Shown: piece by piece, positions 47,175 to 57,589 of the stretch
Layout: the number at the start of each line of letters is the position of its first letter
Position numbering within the stretch: position 1 is the first letter of the stretch
DNA from: an uncultured Actinomycetes bacterium
Lineage (GTDB): Bacteria; Actinomycetota; UBA4738; HRBIN12
Assembly (NCBI GenBank): GCA_963704725.1
Contig: OY969934.1
Span: 832,001 to 896,000 of the forward strand
Direction of reading: 5' to 3'
DNA length: 64,000 bases
Position numbers and translations under genes: made by a program
Notes under the pieces: model-generated
Database searches by the model: none
Told to the model about the DNA's origin: nothing
What the model saw: the letters and a program-made list of their open reading frames with translations, nothing else

Positions 47175-48311
47175 ATGTCGTCACTCGTTCCACGCGATCG
47201 GTACGCGGCACTCGGTCGCTGCACGTACCTCAACCAGGCGGCGCTGGGCCTGATACCGGTTCCGGCGGTCGAGGCGATGCATGCCTTCGTGGAGCAGGTG
47301 GCGCAGTACGGCAACCTCTTCCTCAGCGACGACCAGGAGGCTGCCATCCTCGACCGCGTGCGTTCGGCCGGCGCCCGGTTGCTGGGTACCTCAGCCGAGA
47401 AGCTGGCCGTCGTCGGGAGCGCGAGCGAGGGACTCGGCCAGGTCGCGTCGCTGCTCGCGGCCGACCGCGGGACCGTCGTGCTCGTCGCCTCGGACTTCCC
47501 GAGCGTCACCTACCCATGGCTGGTCGACGCCCGGCGACGAGGGATCTCGCTCCGATTCGTCGAGGACCGCCCCGACCGGAACCTCACGCAAGATCTCGTC
47601 GACGCGGTCGATCCGAGCACGGTGGTCGTCGCCTTCGGCGTCGTCCAGTACGCGACCGGTACACGCGTCGACGCCCACCGGGTTGTCACAAGGGCTCACG
47701 AGGTCGGCGCCCGCGCGGTCGTCGATGCGACGCAACTGGCCGGCGCGGGACCCGTCGAGACGGCGTCATGGGGCGCGGATGCGCTGGTGACGAGTGGCTA
47801 CAAGTGGCTTTCCGCCCACGGGGGAGTGGCCTTCCTGGTCCTGGCTCCGGATCTGGTCGGACGGATGCCCGGGCTCGTCGGCTGGAAGGGAACGCGCGAT
47901 CCGTTCGCCTTCGACGCGCAGACCCTTCGACTGGCCGAAGACGCGCGCCGCTTCGAGCTCTCGACCATGTCCTACGCATCCGTCATCGGGCTCGAGTCTT
48001 CGATCGCGATGCTGTCATCCATCGGGGTCCATCGGATCGACCGGCATGCCCGGCGCCTCGCGGAACGGCTCGTCGACGGAGTCGGTGAGTTGGGATGGCA
48101 CCCGTTCAGGCCGCTCGGCGACCCCTCGGCGAGCTCTCACATCGTGTCCCTGCGGCACGCCGACCGCGATCCGGCGGTCGCGGCCGAGCGCCTTGCCTCC
48201 GACCGGCGGATCATCTGCGGTGGCCGAGGTGGTGGTCTGAGGATCTCCCTCCACGTCTACAACGACGACGAAGACGTGGACCGGCTCGTGGAGGCGATGC
48301 GGCGCCTGTGA
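47175..48311 (+). CDS. PLP-dependent aminotransferase class V (cysteine desulfurase/kynureninase-like)
   Basis: YLNQAALG, VVDATQ, SGYKWL, LRISLHVYN. Confidence 0.92.
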   Translation: MSSLVPRDRYAALGRCTYLNQAALGLIPVPAVEAMHAFVEQVAQYGNLFLSDDQEAAILDRVRSAGARLLGTSAEKLAVVGSASEGLGQVASLLAADRGTVVLVASDFPSVTYPWLVDARRRGISLRFVEDRPDRNLTQDLVDAVDPSTVVVAFGVVQYATGTRVDAHRVVTRAHEVGARAVVDATQLAGAGPVETASWGADALVTSGYKWLSAHGGVAFLVLAPDLVGRMPGLVGWKGTRDPFAFDAQTLRLAEDARRFELSTMSYASVIGLESSIAMLSSIGVHRIDRHARRLAERLVDGVGELGWHPFRPLGDPSASSHIVSLRHADRDPAVAAERLASDRRIICGGRGGGLRISLHVYNDDEDVDRLVEAMRRL

Positions 48312-48381
48312 CGGCGCCTCCGAGGACCTCGGAGGGTTGGGCGTCCAAGGCGAGGCTGCTCGCCTGACGGCGGAGCTCGTC

Positions 48382-50148
48382 TCAGGCGCCGGACCGGATC
48401 CGGGCGGTCGATTCGCTCTCGGCCGGCCAGTGGCCGAGGTCCCCGGCATACGAGATGCGGAGGCGGTACCGTCCGGCCGCCAGGTCCCCGGCGGCGAACT
48501 CGAACTCGCCCGACTGGTTGGTCGTGACCGTCACCGGGGGATGGGCGGCCGGGTCGAGTCGCAGGACGTCCCGGTCGAGCTCGGCGCCGCCCAGGTACAC
48601 GATCGCGGCGTACGCGCTGCCGGCGGAGGACTCGGGGACCGCGGCCTCGACGGAGAAACGGTACGCCGCTCCGGGAGTCACGGGGAACGGCGTCGTCGCG
48701 TCCACGCTCAGCGGCTGGGTGGGCCCGGCGACCAGCCGCAGCATCCGGCCCCCGTCGCGGTCGCTCGCGACGACCGTGGCGCTTCCCTCTCCGTACGGTC
48801 CCCATCCGTCCAGGCCCAGGCCGAAGTCCGGGTTGTGGATCCGGTTGGCCGATCCCTCCTCGGTGTAGGAAGTGCCATAGACGCGCACGTCGGCCTCGCC
48901 CGGCCCGGCGCCCTCGGTGTTGACCCGGAAGACGATCACGGCCGAGGTCGCTTCGTCCGGGACCACCCCGGACAGGCTGAGGACCTGTGTCCCGCCGCCC
49001 AGCGGCGTGGCCTCCAGCGCGACCGCCCCGACGACGGGATCGCCGTCGACCGTCGTCAGGGTCCCGGCGGCGAGCGCACCGTCGCCCGAAGCGGCGCCGG
49101 CCAGCTGCATCATCGTGCGCGCCCCGAAGTACCGCCGGATCAGCCCCGTGAACGTCGACGGGTCGCTCTCGGGGAGCAGGTGGTCGGGGTGGTCGAACCA
49201 GGAGCCGAAGACGACATCGTCGGGGGTCCCTCCCTGCACCTCCTCGTACGCGTACGCCCGCTGCATCGCGAGCGCGGCCCACGCCTCGTCCGAGTCCGTC
49301 TCCCCTCCGTTGTAGTACAGGCCCGTCCGAACCCCTTCGGCGCGCGCCGAGCCCTCCGCGGCGTGGAGCGCCTGGGGCCAATCGGCTCGCTCCCAGTCTG
49401 CGTCCAGGTGCAGGAACGCGAACCGCTCGCCGTTCGCATGCCCGTATGCGCGCAGCCACTCCGCCAGGTCCTCGCTCGAGATGTCGCTCCAGACCGGCTC
49501 GATGTCGCCGATCACGACGTCCGGTTCGACCGTCCTCAAGAGCCGGGCGTAGTCGGAGACCTCCCGCGCGATCCTGTCGGTCGACCAGTGGCACGCGTTG
49601 GCGCCGTCCCAGAACCGGCCGAACGCGAACGGCTCGTCGAGCGCGACGATGTCGACCGTCCCTCCCAGGCTCTGGATGCGCCGCACCTGGTCGAGGGTGA
49701 AGACGCCGCCGAACCCCTCGACGCCGCCGCCGCAATCCTCCGACGCCGGGAGCGGACCCAGCTCCAGCGCCAGAGCCATGCCCCGCCGTTCGACACCCTC
49801 GATGATCGTCCTCAGGTCCTCGTCGGTGGCGTAGTGCTCGACGAACGTCCCGGGGATCGAGAACACCCGGACCCGGTCGGCGGTCTGGGGCCAGGCGTCG
49901 GACGACTCCCACAGATCGAGATAGTCGACGGCGCCGTCGTTGAAGGGCAGGTCCGAGCCGGCCGGCAGGGGCGGAAGCGGGGCGAACCACACCTCCGGCC
50001 CAGAGGTCGCGTCGGGGCTCGGGACCGACCCGGTGGGCGACCCGCCGGTGGTGGTCGCGGTGGGACCCCCGTTCGAGGACGTCGGTCCGGTGCATGCCGC
50101 GATCACCACCAGCGAGGCCGCGAGCGGAGCCATGCCGGCGCTCCGCAT
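48382..50148 (-). CDS. Putative lipoprotein with hydrolase-like N-terminal domain and carbohydrate-binding-like C-terminal domain
   Basis: Lipobox VIAAC, Thr/Pro linker, VALDEP, N.IHNPDF..GLDGW (CBM4/9-like start). Confidence 0.65.
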   Translation of the reverse strand: MRSAGMAPLAASLVVIAACTGPTSSNGGPTATTTGGSPTGSVPSPDATSGPEVWFAPLPPLPAGSDLPFNDGAVDYLDLWESSDAWPQTADRVRVFSIPGTFVEHYATDEDLRTIIEGVERRGMALALELGPLPASEDCGGGVEGFGGVFTLDQVRRIQSLGGTVDIVALDEPFAFGRFWDGANACHWSTDRIAREVSDYARLLRTVEPDVVIGDIEPVWSDISSEDLAEWLRAYGHANGERFAFLHLDADWERADWPQALHAAEGSARAEGVRTGLYYNGGETDSDEAWAALAMQRAYAYEEVQGGTPDDVVFGSWFDHPDHLLPESDPSTFTGLIRRYFGARTMMQLAGAASGDGALAAGTLTTVDGDPVVGAVALEATPLGGGTQVLSLSGVVPDEATSAVIVFRVNTEGAGPGEADVRVYGTSYTEEGSANRIHNPDFGLGLDGWGPYGEGSATVVASDRDGGRMLRLVAGPTQPLSVDATTPFPVTPGAAYRFSVEAAVPESSAGSAYAAIVYLGGAELDRDVLRLDPAAHPPVTVTTNQSGEFEFAAGDLAAGRYRLRISYAGDLGHWPAESESTARIRSGA

Positions 50149-50558
50149 CGACCACCCTCGGGGCGGCAATGGTGACCTCCTCAGCAGCACCTCGAGCTGC
50201 GCCGGGCACCGCCCGGCCGTCGGCCGATGCTACCCGGCCCGGGTGGGCACCGGGCCACCGTCGACGCACGGTCCCGCCGTCGGCGGATCGGCTGTGGACT
50301 GGGATCCCGCGTTGACCTCCCCGTCTGGGCCGCCAGCTGGACCAAGGAACTCGCCGATCCTGCCCGGGGGAGGGTCCCGCGCGGAAGCTGCTCACAGGTG
50401 AAGCCGATGCCACGCACGGCCTCGTTGTACGCGGGAGCATCCGCCGCCGTGACATCAAGGCCGGTGAGCGTGCCTTCCCCGGCGGCGTAGGTCAGGGTGA
50501 GGCTGGGTCCGTTCAAGCTCCATTCCAGTTCATAGCAAGGCCGAGACCGAGGATGCGA

Positions 50559-51203
50559 TCAGGATCGGAGAAAGGTGATCACGGCCAAGACTCGCCGATG
50601 ATCCTCCGGGCTCGGTTCCAGCCCCAGCTTCGAGAAGATCGACCGAGTATGGGCCTCCACCGTCTTTGAGCTCAGGAAGAGGCGCTGACTGATCGCCTGG
50701 TTCGATCGCCCCTCGGCCATGAGCGAGAGAACATCGCGTTCGCGCTCGGTCAGATCGTCGAGCGGCCCGGTCTCTCGCGGGCGCGTCACCAAGCGCGTCA
50801 CGATCTCGGGGTCGACCACGGACTCGCCACGCTCGACGCGGGTGATCGCATCCGACAGCTCGACCATATCGTTCACGCGGTCCTTGAGGAGGTACCCGAT
50901 GCCTCGAGCCCCGTCTGACAGGAGGCGGACCGCGTACACCGTCTCCAGGTATTGCGAGAGCACGAGGATCCCGACCTGCGGCGCGATCGCCCGGATCTCG
51001 TGAGCGGCGCGGATGCCCTCGTCGGTGAACGACGGCGGCATGCGGATGTCCAGGACGACGACGTCGGGCGAGGCCGTCCGAACCGCGTCGAGGAGTTGCT
51101 CCACATCCCCCGCCTGCCCCACGACCTCGAACCCGGACTCCCCGAGCATCCGGGCAAGCCCCTGCCGGAGAAGGACCGAGTCGTCCGCGAGGATCACGCG
51201 CAC
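50559..51203 (-). CDS. NarL/LuxR-family response regulator
   Basis: VILADDS, LDIRMPP, GYLLKDRV, LTERERDVL, DHRRVLAV. Confidence 0.95.
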   Translation of the reverse strand: MRVILADDSVLLRQGLARMLGESGFEVVGQAGDVEQLLDAVRTASPDVVVLDIRMPPSFTDEGIRAAHEIRAIAPQVGILVLSQYLETVYAVRLLSDGARGIGYLLKDRVNDMVELSDAITRVERGESVVDPEIVTRLVTRPRETGPLDDLTERERDVLSLMAEGRSNQAISQRLFLSSKTVEAHTRSIFSKLGLEPSPEDHRRVLAVITFLRS

Positions 51204-52921
51204 GGGATCACCGCTCGGATCCGCGTTCCCGTGGTCTCCGCGCTCTCCACCTGGAGCCGGCCGCCGATCGCGGACACGCGATCGTCCAACCCGCGGAGCC
51301 CCGATCCGCGCCCCAGGTCGGCGCCGCCGATGCCATCGTCCGCGATCTCCACCATGAGGCTTCCGTTGGCCCTCGCCACCCGCACGCTCACCCGGCTCGC
51401 CTCGGCGTGCTTGGCGACGTTCGCCAACGCCTCGCACACGACGAAGTACGCGGTCGCCTCGACCGTCGGGGGATAGCGATCGCTCGGCACCTCGGCCGAC
51501 ACGATCACCTGGGCTCGCTCCACGAGCGATTCGACCGCAGCCGACAGCCCCTCCTCGGTCAGGACGGCCGGGTGGATGCCCTGCGCGAGATCTCGGAGCT
51601 CGCTGATGGCCGCGGCCGCCTCCTCGGCGGCGTCGCCCAGGAGCCGAGCCAGCGTGGGATCCCCCGAGGAGATGGCCCGGTCTCGGGCCATCCTGAGTCC
51701 GAGGGAGAGCGAAAGGAGTCGCTGCTGTGCGCCGTCGTGGAGATCGCGCTCCAGCCTGCGCCGCTGCGTGTCGGCGGCCTCGACGATGCGGGCTCTCGAG
51801 GCCCGGACCTCCTCCAGCGTCGCGCGGACCTCGGCCTGCAACCGCTCGTTGTCGATCGCGAGCCGGGCAGCGGCCGATGCCGCCTCGACCAGCCTGTGTT
51901 CCTCCGACAGGGCGGGGTCGTGGATGATGACTCCGAGCGGCTGTCCGCCGCGCTCGATCATCGTCACGGCCCGGCGAGATGGGTCGGCGGGAAGCCGAAC
52001 CGGCCGCCCCAGCGAGTCGACGAACGCCTGCCGGTCCGGCACCCAGTACGCGAGCTCGGCCGACGGGTCATGCAAGGTCCGTGCGAGCGCATCGCGAAGG
52101 CTCGTGCTGGGCAACGGCTCGCCGAGATCGATGAGGAAGTCGCCAACACCCGCCTGTCGGATCCCGCTCCGGAGCACTCCGATGAGGAACCCGATCGGAA
52201 CGCTCAGCTTGGCGGCGACGACGCAATAGAAGATGGCGTCCCCGACCAGGGCCGAGGCGCCGACGACTCGGGCCACGATCTCCGCGCCGAGTGCGGCGAA
52301 GAGGAGGAGCGCCGACACGATCACCGGTGCGTAGACCCGGCGCGCGGTCTGTGTCGTCCGGTACCAGCGCGCGACGACGACGGCCACGACCGCGACGAGC
52401 ACACCGATCGCGATCTTGTCTCGGATCCAGAAGAGACGATCGGCGAACTCCCCGCCGTGAACGATCTGGAGCGCGTTCTCGCCTGGCAGGCCGAGGGAGC
52501 GAGGGTCGAGGCCGAGGACCGCCAGGATCGTGAGACCCACCAGCGTGTAGATGACTCCGACGACGACGCGGTCGATCCGGGATCGCAGTCGGCCGTCCGG
52601 ATACGCGAGCAGAACGTGACCGAGGATCGAGAGATGCACGGGTTGCAGGATCATGCCGATCCCGAACAGCAGGCCGTTCGGGTACACGCTCACCCCCGAG
52701 AGGGCCCACGAGACACCAGCCACGTACAGGAGCACCCCGAGCCGGTTGCGGGGGTTACGGGACCACATCACGATCCCGGCCGACATCGTCATGAACCCGA
52801 CGATCACGTCCGCGACCAGCGTCTCCTGGGGGGCGATGCCCAGGGAGACGAATCCCGCCTCCCCCACGGTCGCGACGATCGGGACGGACGCCCAGAGCGC
52901 GATACGTCTGCCCCGGCTCAC
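51194..52921 (-). CDS. Membrane sensor histidine kinase (HisKA_3)
   Basis: Multiple TMs, RRLERDLHDGAQQRL, EALANVAKHA, DDGIGGA, GSGLRGL. Confidence 0.93.
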   Translation of the reverse strand: MSRGRRIALWASVPIVATVGEAGFVSLGIAPQETLVADVIVGFMTMSAGIVMWSRNPRNRLGVLLYVAGVSWALSGVSVYPNGLLFGIGMILQPVHLSILGHVLLAYPDGRLRSRIDRVVVGVIYTLVGLTILAVLGLDPRSLGLPGENALQIVHGGEFADRLFWIRDKIAIGVLVAVVAVVVARWYRTTQTARRVYAPVIVSALLLFAALGAEIVARVVGASALVGDAIFYCVVAAKLSVPIGFLIGVLRSGIRQAGVGDFLIDLGEPLPSTSLRDALARTLHDPSAELAYWVPDRQAFVDSLGRPVRLPADPSRRAVTMIERGGQPLGVIIHDPALSEEHRLVEAASAAARLAIDNERLQAEVRATLEEVRASRARIVEAADTQRRRLERDLHDGAQQRLLSLSLGLRMARDRAISSGDPTLARLLGDAAEEAAAAISELRDLAQGIHPAVLTEEGLSAAVESLVERAQVIVSAEVPSDRYPPTVEATAYFVVCEALANVAKHAEASRVSVRVARANGSLMVEIADDGIGGADLGRGSGLRGLDDRVSAIGGRLQVESAETTGTRIRAVIPCA

Positions 52922-53277
52922 GCGCCCTCTCCGACGATGGCCGCGAAAGCGGTTCCGGAGAGATCCTCCTTCGCGATGAAGCCGGCAGCAGCGCTGGATC
53001 GCATCCGAGTCCGGTACGCGGTGACATCGTGGCTCGACGTCATGACGACGAGCGCGGGAACGTCCCTGGCGATGCGGTTCGCGACGTCGAATCCGTTCAT
53101 GTCGGGCAGCACGACGTCCAGCAGGATCAGGTCCGGCCGGAGTCTCAGGGCGGCGGCGACCGCCGTCGCGCCATCGCCGGCCTCTCCGACCACCTCGTAG
53201 CCACTCATCTCGAGCATCTGCCGGGCGCGGGCCCGGAAGCTCGCGTGGTCGTCGACGACCAGAACACTTCGCACCAC
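52918..53277 (-). CDS. Single-domain response regulator (receiver)
   Basis: VLVVDDH, LLDVVLPD.NG, GFIAKED. Confidence 0.9.
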   Translation of the reverse strand: MVRSVLVVDDHASFRARARQMLEMSGYEVVGEAGDGATAVAAALRLRPDLILLDVVLPDMNGFDVANRIARDVPALVVMTSSHDVTAYRTRMRSSAAAGFIAKEDLSGTAFAAIVGEGA

Positions 53278-53444
53278 GGATGGATTGTCGCAACCGGAGG
53301 CCGCATGTTCCAGAGGGTCATCCCTCGACGGCGACGAGCGTTCCGGCGCGGGATCCGAGGGCTGGCCCCGATGCACCCAGGGATGACGCCTGGGTACGGT
53401 CGCCCGATCCCAGGACCGATCCGATCCCGGAAGGGAGGGCGAGG

Positions 53445-55250
53445 ATGAGACCACTCCAGCGAACCAGGTTGCTCCGGAGCTCGATCGCCGTCCTGGTCGC
53501 CACGTTCGTCGCATGTGGCGGAACTCGTGGTGACCTTCTCGATCTGCCCGGCCACTCACTTGGCCCCTGTTCGCGGGAGTACGTCCACCGGATCGACGAA
53601 TCCGTGGACACCACGGAGCTGGTCCCATGGCTGATGGCGATGGGCGATGGTGCGACACGCCCCGAGGCGTCGGGCTTGGGCATCCTGGCGGCGGCGCCCG
53701 CGCTGCCGGACGCAGCGGCGGCCTGGGACTCGGTCCAGGTAGCGATGATCCGCGACCAGATGACGCTGGCGGAGGCCGAGTGCGACCGGGACGCCGCGTT
53801 CTGGGTCCGGGCGCAGGCCGGGTTCGAGGACCGGATGGGGCCGGTACTCCAAGGGAGCGTGGACGCCACGACGAACGGCGACCCGCACCTCGAGACGTTC
53901 GACGGGCTCCGCTATGACTTCCAGGCCGCCGGCGAGTTCGTCCTGGTGAGCTCGACCGAGGACGACTTGCAGATCCAGATCCGCCAAGAGCCGTTGAGCG
54001 GCTCGCGCACCGTGAGCGTGAACACCGCGATCGCGGCGGACGTGGAAGGCGACCGGGTCGGGGTCTATGCGGGAGAGGAACGGATCGGCGTGTTCGTGGA
54101 TGGCATCCTGGAGGAGGTGCCACCGACCGGCACGTCCCTTCCTTCCGGTGGCCGGATCGAGACCGGCGAGCAAGGCGCGTTCGTCATCCGATGGCTCGAC
54201 GGGTCGGAGCTGAGGATCCTCCAACGGTCCGATCGTCTCGATGCCGTGGTCGCGCTGGTCGATGAACGTGCCGGTGAGGTGGCCGGCCTGCTGGGAGACG
54301 CGGACGGCTCGGCCGAGAACGACCTCACGCCTCGTGGAGAAGCGCCGCTCGAAGTCCGCCATGCGGACTTCGAGCAGCTGCATCGATCGTTCGGCGACAG
54401 CTGGAGGATCGACGACGCGGGCTCGCTCTTCGACTACCTGCCGGGTGGCGGCACCGCGACCTTCTCGGATGTCACGTTCCCAGATCGTCCGGTGACGCTG
54501 AACGACCTCGACCCGGGTGACCGTCGTCGTGCGTCCGGCGTGTGCGAGGCCGCCGGCCTCCTCGCCGAACCGTACCGGTCTGCATGCATCTACGACGTGG
54601 TGGTGACCGGCGAGGACTCGTTCGCCGAGCAGACCGCGACCGTCCTCCAGCTGGAGACGGTGACGGTCTCGCCGGTCAACGTCACGACCTTCGACGGCCT
54701 CTCGTATGACCTCGAGACTCCCGGGTCCTACGTCCTGGTCGAGGCGCCGGGCGGCGGCTTCGAGGTGCAGGCGACGATCGGCGTCGACGCCGACGCGACG
54801 AGCGTTCGTCTCGTCTACTCGGGCTTCGCCATCGATGTGGCGGGCGATGTCGTGGAGATCCGGGCCGGCACGGCTGAGGTGATCGTTGGCGGAGAGCCGC
54901 GCACGATCCCCGATGCGGGGCTCGACCTCGGTGGCGGAGGCTCGGTCACCGCGAGCGGAACCTCGTTCACGATCGCTTGGGCGGATGGAAGCTCGATCCA
55001 GTTGAGCGCCCAGGATGCGGCCGGATACGACGCGTCGTTCTCGCTCGCGGCGGAGCGCACAGGCGCGGTGTCCGGCCTCTTCGGCGACGCCGACGGCAAC
55101 CCCAGGAACGACTTCATGACCCCGGCGGGGCGGGAGATCCACCCGTGGGGGGGTCCGCCCGACGTCTTCCGGGCACACGTGGATCTGGACTTCGCCTCGA
55201 GCTGGCGCGTGGCGCCGGAGGCATCGCTGTTCGTCGATCCGGACGCCTGA
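53445..55250 (+). CDS. Lipoprotein with two von Willebrand factor type D (VWD) domains
   Basis: Lipobox FVAC. GDPHLETFDGLRYDFQAAGEF...GLLGDADG..ENDL...FGDSWR, then a second TTFDGLSYD...GLFGDADG...SSWR. Confidence 0.85.
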   Translation: MRPLQRTRLLRSSIAVLVATFVACGGTRGDLLDLPGHSLGPCSREYVHRIDESVDTTELVPWLMAMGDGATRPEASGLGILAAAPALPDAAAAWDSVQVAMIRDQMTLAEAECDRDAAFWVRAQAGFEDRMGPVLQGSVDATTNGDPHLETFDGLRYDFQAAGEFVLVSSTEDDLQIQIRQEPLSGSRTVSVNTAIAADVEGDRVGVYAGEERIGVFVDGILEEVPPTGTSLPSGGRIETGEQGAFVIRWLDGSELRILQRSDRLDAVVALVDERAGEVAGLLGDADGSAENDLTPRGEAPLEVRHADFEQLHRSFGDSWRIDDAGSLFDYLPGGGTATFSDVTFPDRPVTLNDLDPGDRRRASGVCEAAGLLAEPYRSACIYDVVVTGEDSFAEQTATVLQLETVTVSPVNVTTFDGLSYDLETPGSYVLVEAPGGGFEVQATIGVDADATSVRLVYSGFAIDVAGDVVEIRAGTAEVIVGGEPRTIPDAGLDLGGGGSVTASGTSFTIAWADGSSIQLSAQDAAGYDASFSLAAERTGAVSGLFGDADGNPRNDFMTPAGREIHPWGGPPDVFRAHVDLDFASSWRVAPEASLFVDPDA

Positions 55251-55296
55251 CGGGGCAGACGGCAGCACCGCGAGCGCACAGGGAGAGGAGAGCGTC

Positions 55297-57486
55297 ATGA
55301 GTGCACACCGATGCGCCGCCGGATCGGTCGCCGTCGTCTTTTCGGTTGCGGTCTGGGCGGTCGGCATCGTCGGTCCCCAGGCATCGGCCGATCCGAACGG
55401 CCTGGTGCCGATGCAGGTCTGGTACAACCCTGAGCTCGGCGACTACTTCAGCACCACGCACCCCGCGTGGACCCCGAACCCGGCGTCCCCGACCTCGATC
55501 CGGATCGGCTACCGGTACGTCGGCGTGCGGGGCTTGGTCTTCGATCCCGCGCGTCCCCAGCCCCCGGACACCTTGCCGCTCTTCGGCTGGTACAGCCCGT
55601 CGCGGGGCGACAACTTCGTGACGACGAACCCATCCTGGGCCGGCCCGGCAGATCCGAAGATCGGCTATCACTTCGTTCGACTCGAGGGATACGTCTACGA
55701 CAGGCCGGTGGCCGGCACGGCGCCACTCGTGCTGTGGTTCGCGCCGTCGCTCGGCGACAACCACACGACGGCCGACCCGACTTGGAGCGAGCGCACCCGC
55801 CACGGAGCCGAGGGCTACAACCTCGTGGGCGTCCAGGGCTACGTGGTCCCGGGTCCCCCCTCGCCGAACGACCCCGTCGGCCCGCGCACGTTCGGCTACG
55901 GTCGGGCCGTCATCGAGGGCGACCGACCCTTGCTGCTGATCATGGTCGACTTTCCGAGGCTGACCTTCCGCGCTCCGCACACCTCCTCGTACTACTCGCG
56001 GATCCTGTTCGGACCCGACGAGCCGAACGTGAGTTCCTACTTCCGCGACGTCTCCAATGGGCGATTCACGTTCCACCCCGCGGGGCCCGGGGTGATCGGA
56101 CCAGTGACGATCCGCTTCGGCCTGGGCACCGCCAACAGCGGTCGCCAGGCCATCGCCGCCGCGGCTGAGGACGGGCTGTTCGACTTCCGCGCGTACGACG
56201 TGAACCCGCGAGACGGGGTCGTGAGTCGCCGCGAGCTGGCGATCGAGCTGGTCACCGCGGCACCCCTGAACGTCGTCGGAGGCCAGACCAGCGATCTCGT
56301 TGGGTGTCTGTTTGCGCTGCTCCCGACCTGCCTCGATGCTTCGGTCAGCTCGGTGGACGAGGGCTCATTCATGGACAACTTCGCTCACGAGCTCGTGCAC
56401 CAGATCGGGGCTGGCGTGGAAGAGGACCTGTACGGGTCGGACCTCGGGAATGGCGGGTCCGTGTGCCATAGCTCGTTTGCGACCCTGATGTCCTGCACCC
56501 TCCGCGCCGAGCCGGCAACCCTGACGGCCGCACTGAACCCCTATCACCTCGATCCCTGGCACAAGATTCAGTTCGGATGGATCCGGCCGCGCATCGAGCC
56601 GATCTCCAACACCGGCTCGTGCGGCATCCTGGATGCCCAGCAGTTCGATTCCGTCGAGGGGAACCTGCGACCGATCATCTTCTACGACCCGGCTGTCGGG
56701 ACGAGTCGTTACTTCATCGCGGAGTTCCGCACGCCGTCCTCCTCCATCGGGCCCGGATACGACGCCTCCGTCGCGGACACGGGTGTCGCGATCTGGTCGA
56801 TCCGGACGGGCGCGGACGGCAGCATCTCGCATATCCGAGGCGTGTCGATCATTCCCGGTGACGACAGGACGCTGGAAACGAATGTCGTCGCCGGCGCCGA
56901 CCAGCCGAAGGATTTCCAATCGGACGGCATCCTCGACGCGATCTGGGCGGGGCCGGACGGCATCCTCGACACGAGGAAGGCGCCGACGGACGCGTACGGC
57001 GACGACGCCGCGGATTTCCTCGTCGGAGCGCCGAACGCGATCCGAGGCGTCTCCTCGTTCTGGACGCAGGCCAATGGCGAGTTCGACCTGCGCATCGGAA
57101 ACGATCCGTGGCTGACACCCGAAGGGGGTATCCGCTTCCGAGTCGGCCCTCTGCCGGCGCTCCGCCAGGCGAGCGTCGCACTCGAGTGGACGACCAAGGA
57201 CGCGTTCGTTCCGAGGCTCGACCTGCTGCGTTCGGCGGCGACGGTCACCACGGGCTCGATGGTCGCCGTGGACGGCGTCTTCGGCGCGCAGCAGTTGTCG
57301 CGAACACTCTCACTGCGCGGCGAGACGGGGGTGGTCTACGACCTCCAGGTGGAGGGCTGGAGCTGCGGTCGAGTCACGGCGACCATCCCCACGGATGTGC
57401 CGCCGGGCGAATACGACCTCGTCGCGTTCGCGGGCCCGGATCACGCGCAGGGCGGGAACTCCATCCCTCTCGCGGTGACCGCGTGA
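55297..57486 (+). CDS. Secreted zinc metalloprotease (M6/immune inhibitor A-like) with N-terminal triple repeat
   Basis: Signal peptide, three W(Y/F)xPxxGDxxTT repeats, YFRDVSNGRF, AHELVHQIG (HExxH), HLDPWHKIQFGW, YFIAEFR. Confidence 0.8.
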   Translation: MSAHRCAAGSVAVVFSVAVWAVGIVGPQASADPNGLVPMQVWYNPELGDYFSTTHPAWTPNPASPTSIRIGYRYVGVRGLVFDPARPQPPDTLPLFGWYSPSRGDNFVTTNPSWAGPADPKIGYHFVRLEGYVYDRPVAGTAPLVLWFAPSLGDNHTTADPTWSERTRHGAEGYNLVGVQGYVVPGPPSPNDPVGPRTFGYGRAVIEGDRPLLLIMVDFPRLTFRAPHTSSYYSRILFGPDEPNVSSYFRDVSNGRFTFHPAGPGVIGPVTIRFGLGTANSGRQAIAAAAEDGLFDFRAYDVNPRDGVVSRRELAIELVTAAPLNVVGGQTSDLVGCLFALLPTCLDASVSSVDEGSFMDNFAHELVHQIGAGVEEDLYGSDLGNGGSVCHSSFATLMSCTLRAEPATLTAALNPYHLDPWHKIQFGWIRPRIEPISNTGSCGILDAQQFDSVEGNLRPIIFYDPAVGTSRYFIAEFRTPSSSIGPGYDASVADTGVAIWSIRTGADGSISHIRGVSIIPGDDRTLETNVVAGADQPKDFQSDGILDAIWAGPDGILDTRKAPTDAYGDDAADFLVGAPNAIRGVSSFWTQANGEFDLRIGNDPWLTPEGGIRFRVGPLPALRQASVALEWTTKDAFVPRLDLLRSAATVTTGSMVAVDGVFGAQQLSRTLSLRGETGVVYDLQVEGWSCGRVTATIPTDVPPGEYDLVAFAGPDHAQGGNSIPLAVTA

Positions 57487-57589
57487 AGCAAGGCTGATGG
57501 CCCCGGTCTACCCGGAGCTACCGACGCCGAGTTCGTGACGCAGCAGGCGTACGGCCCCGTCGCCCGGATGATGGTACCGATGGCCTCGA

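Noticed and set aside
50181-50516. 111-aa ORF downstream of the response regulator
   Set aside because: Only the first ~45 residues look protein-like; probably a fragment, no function supportable.
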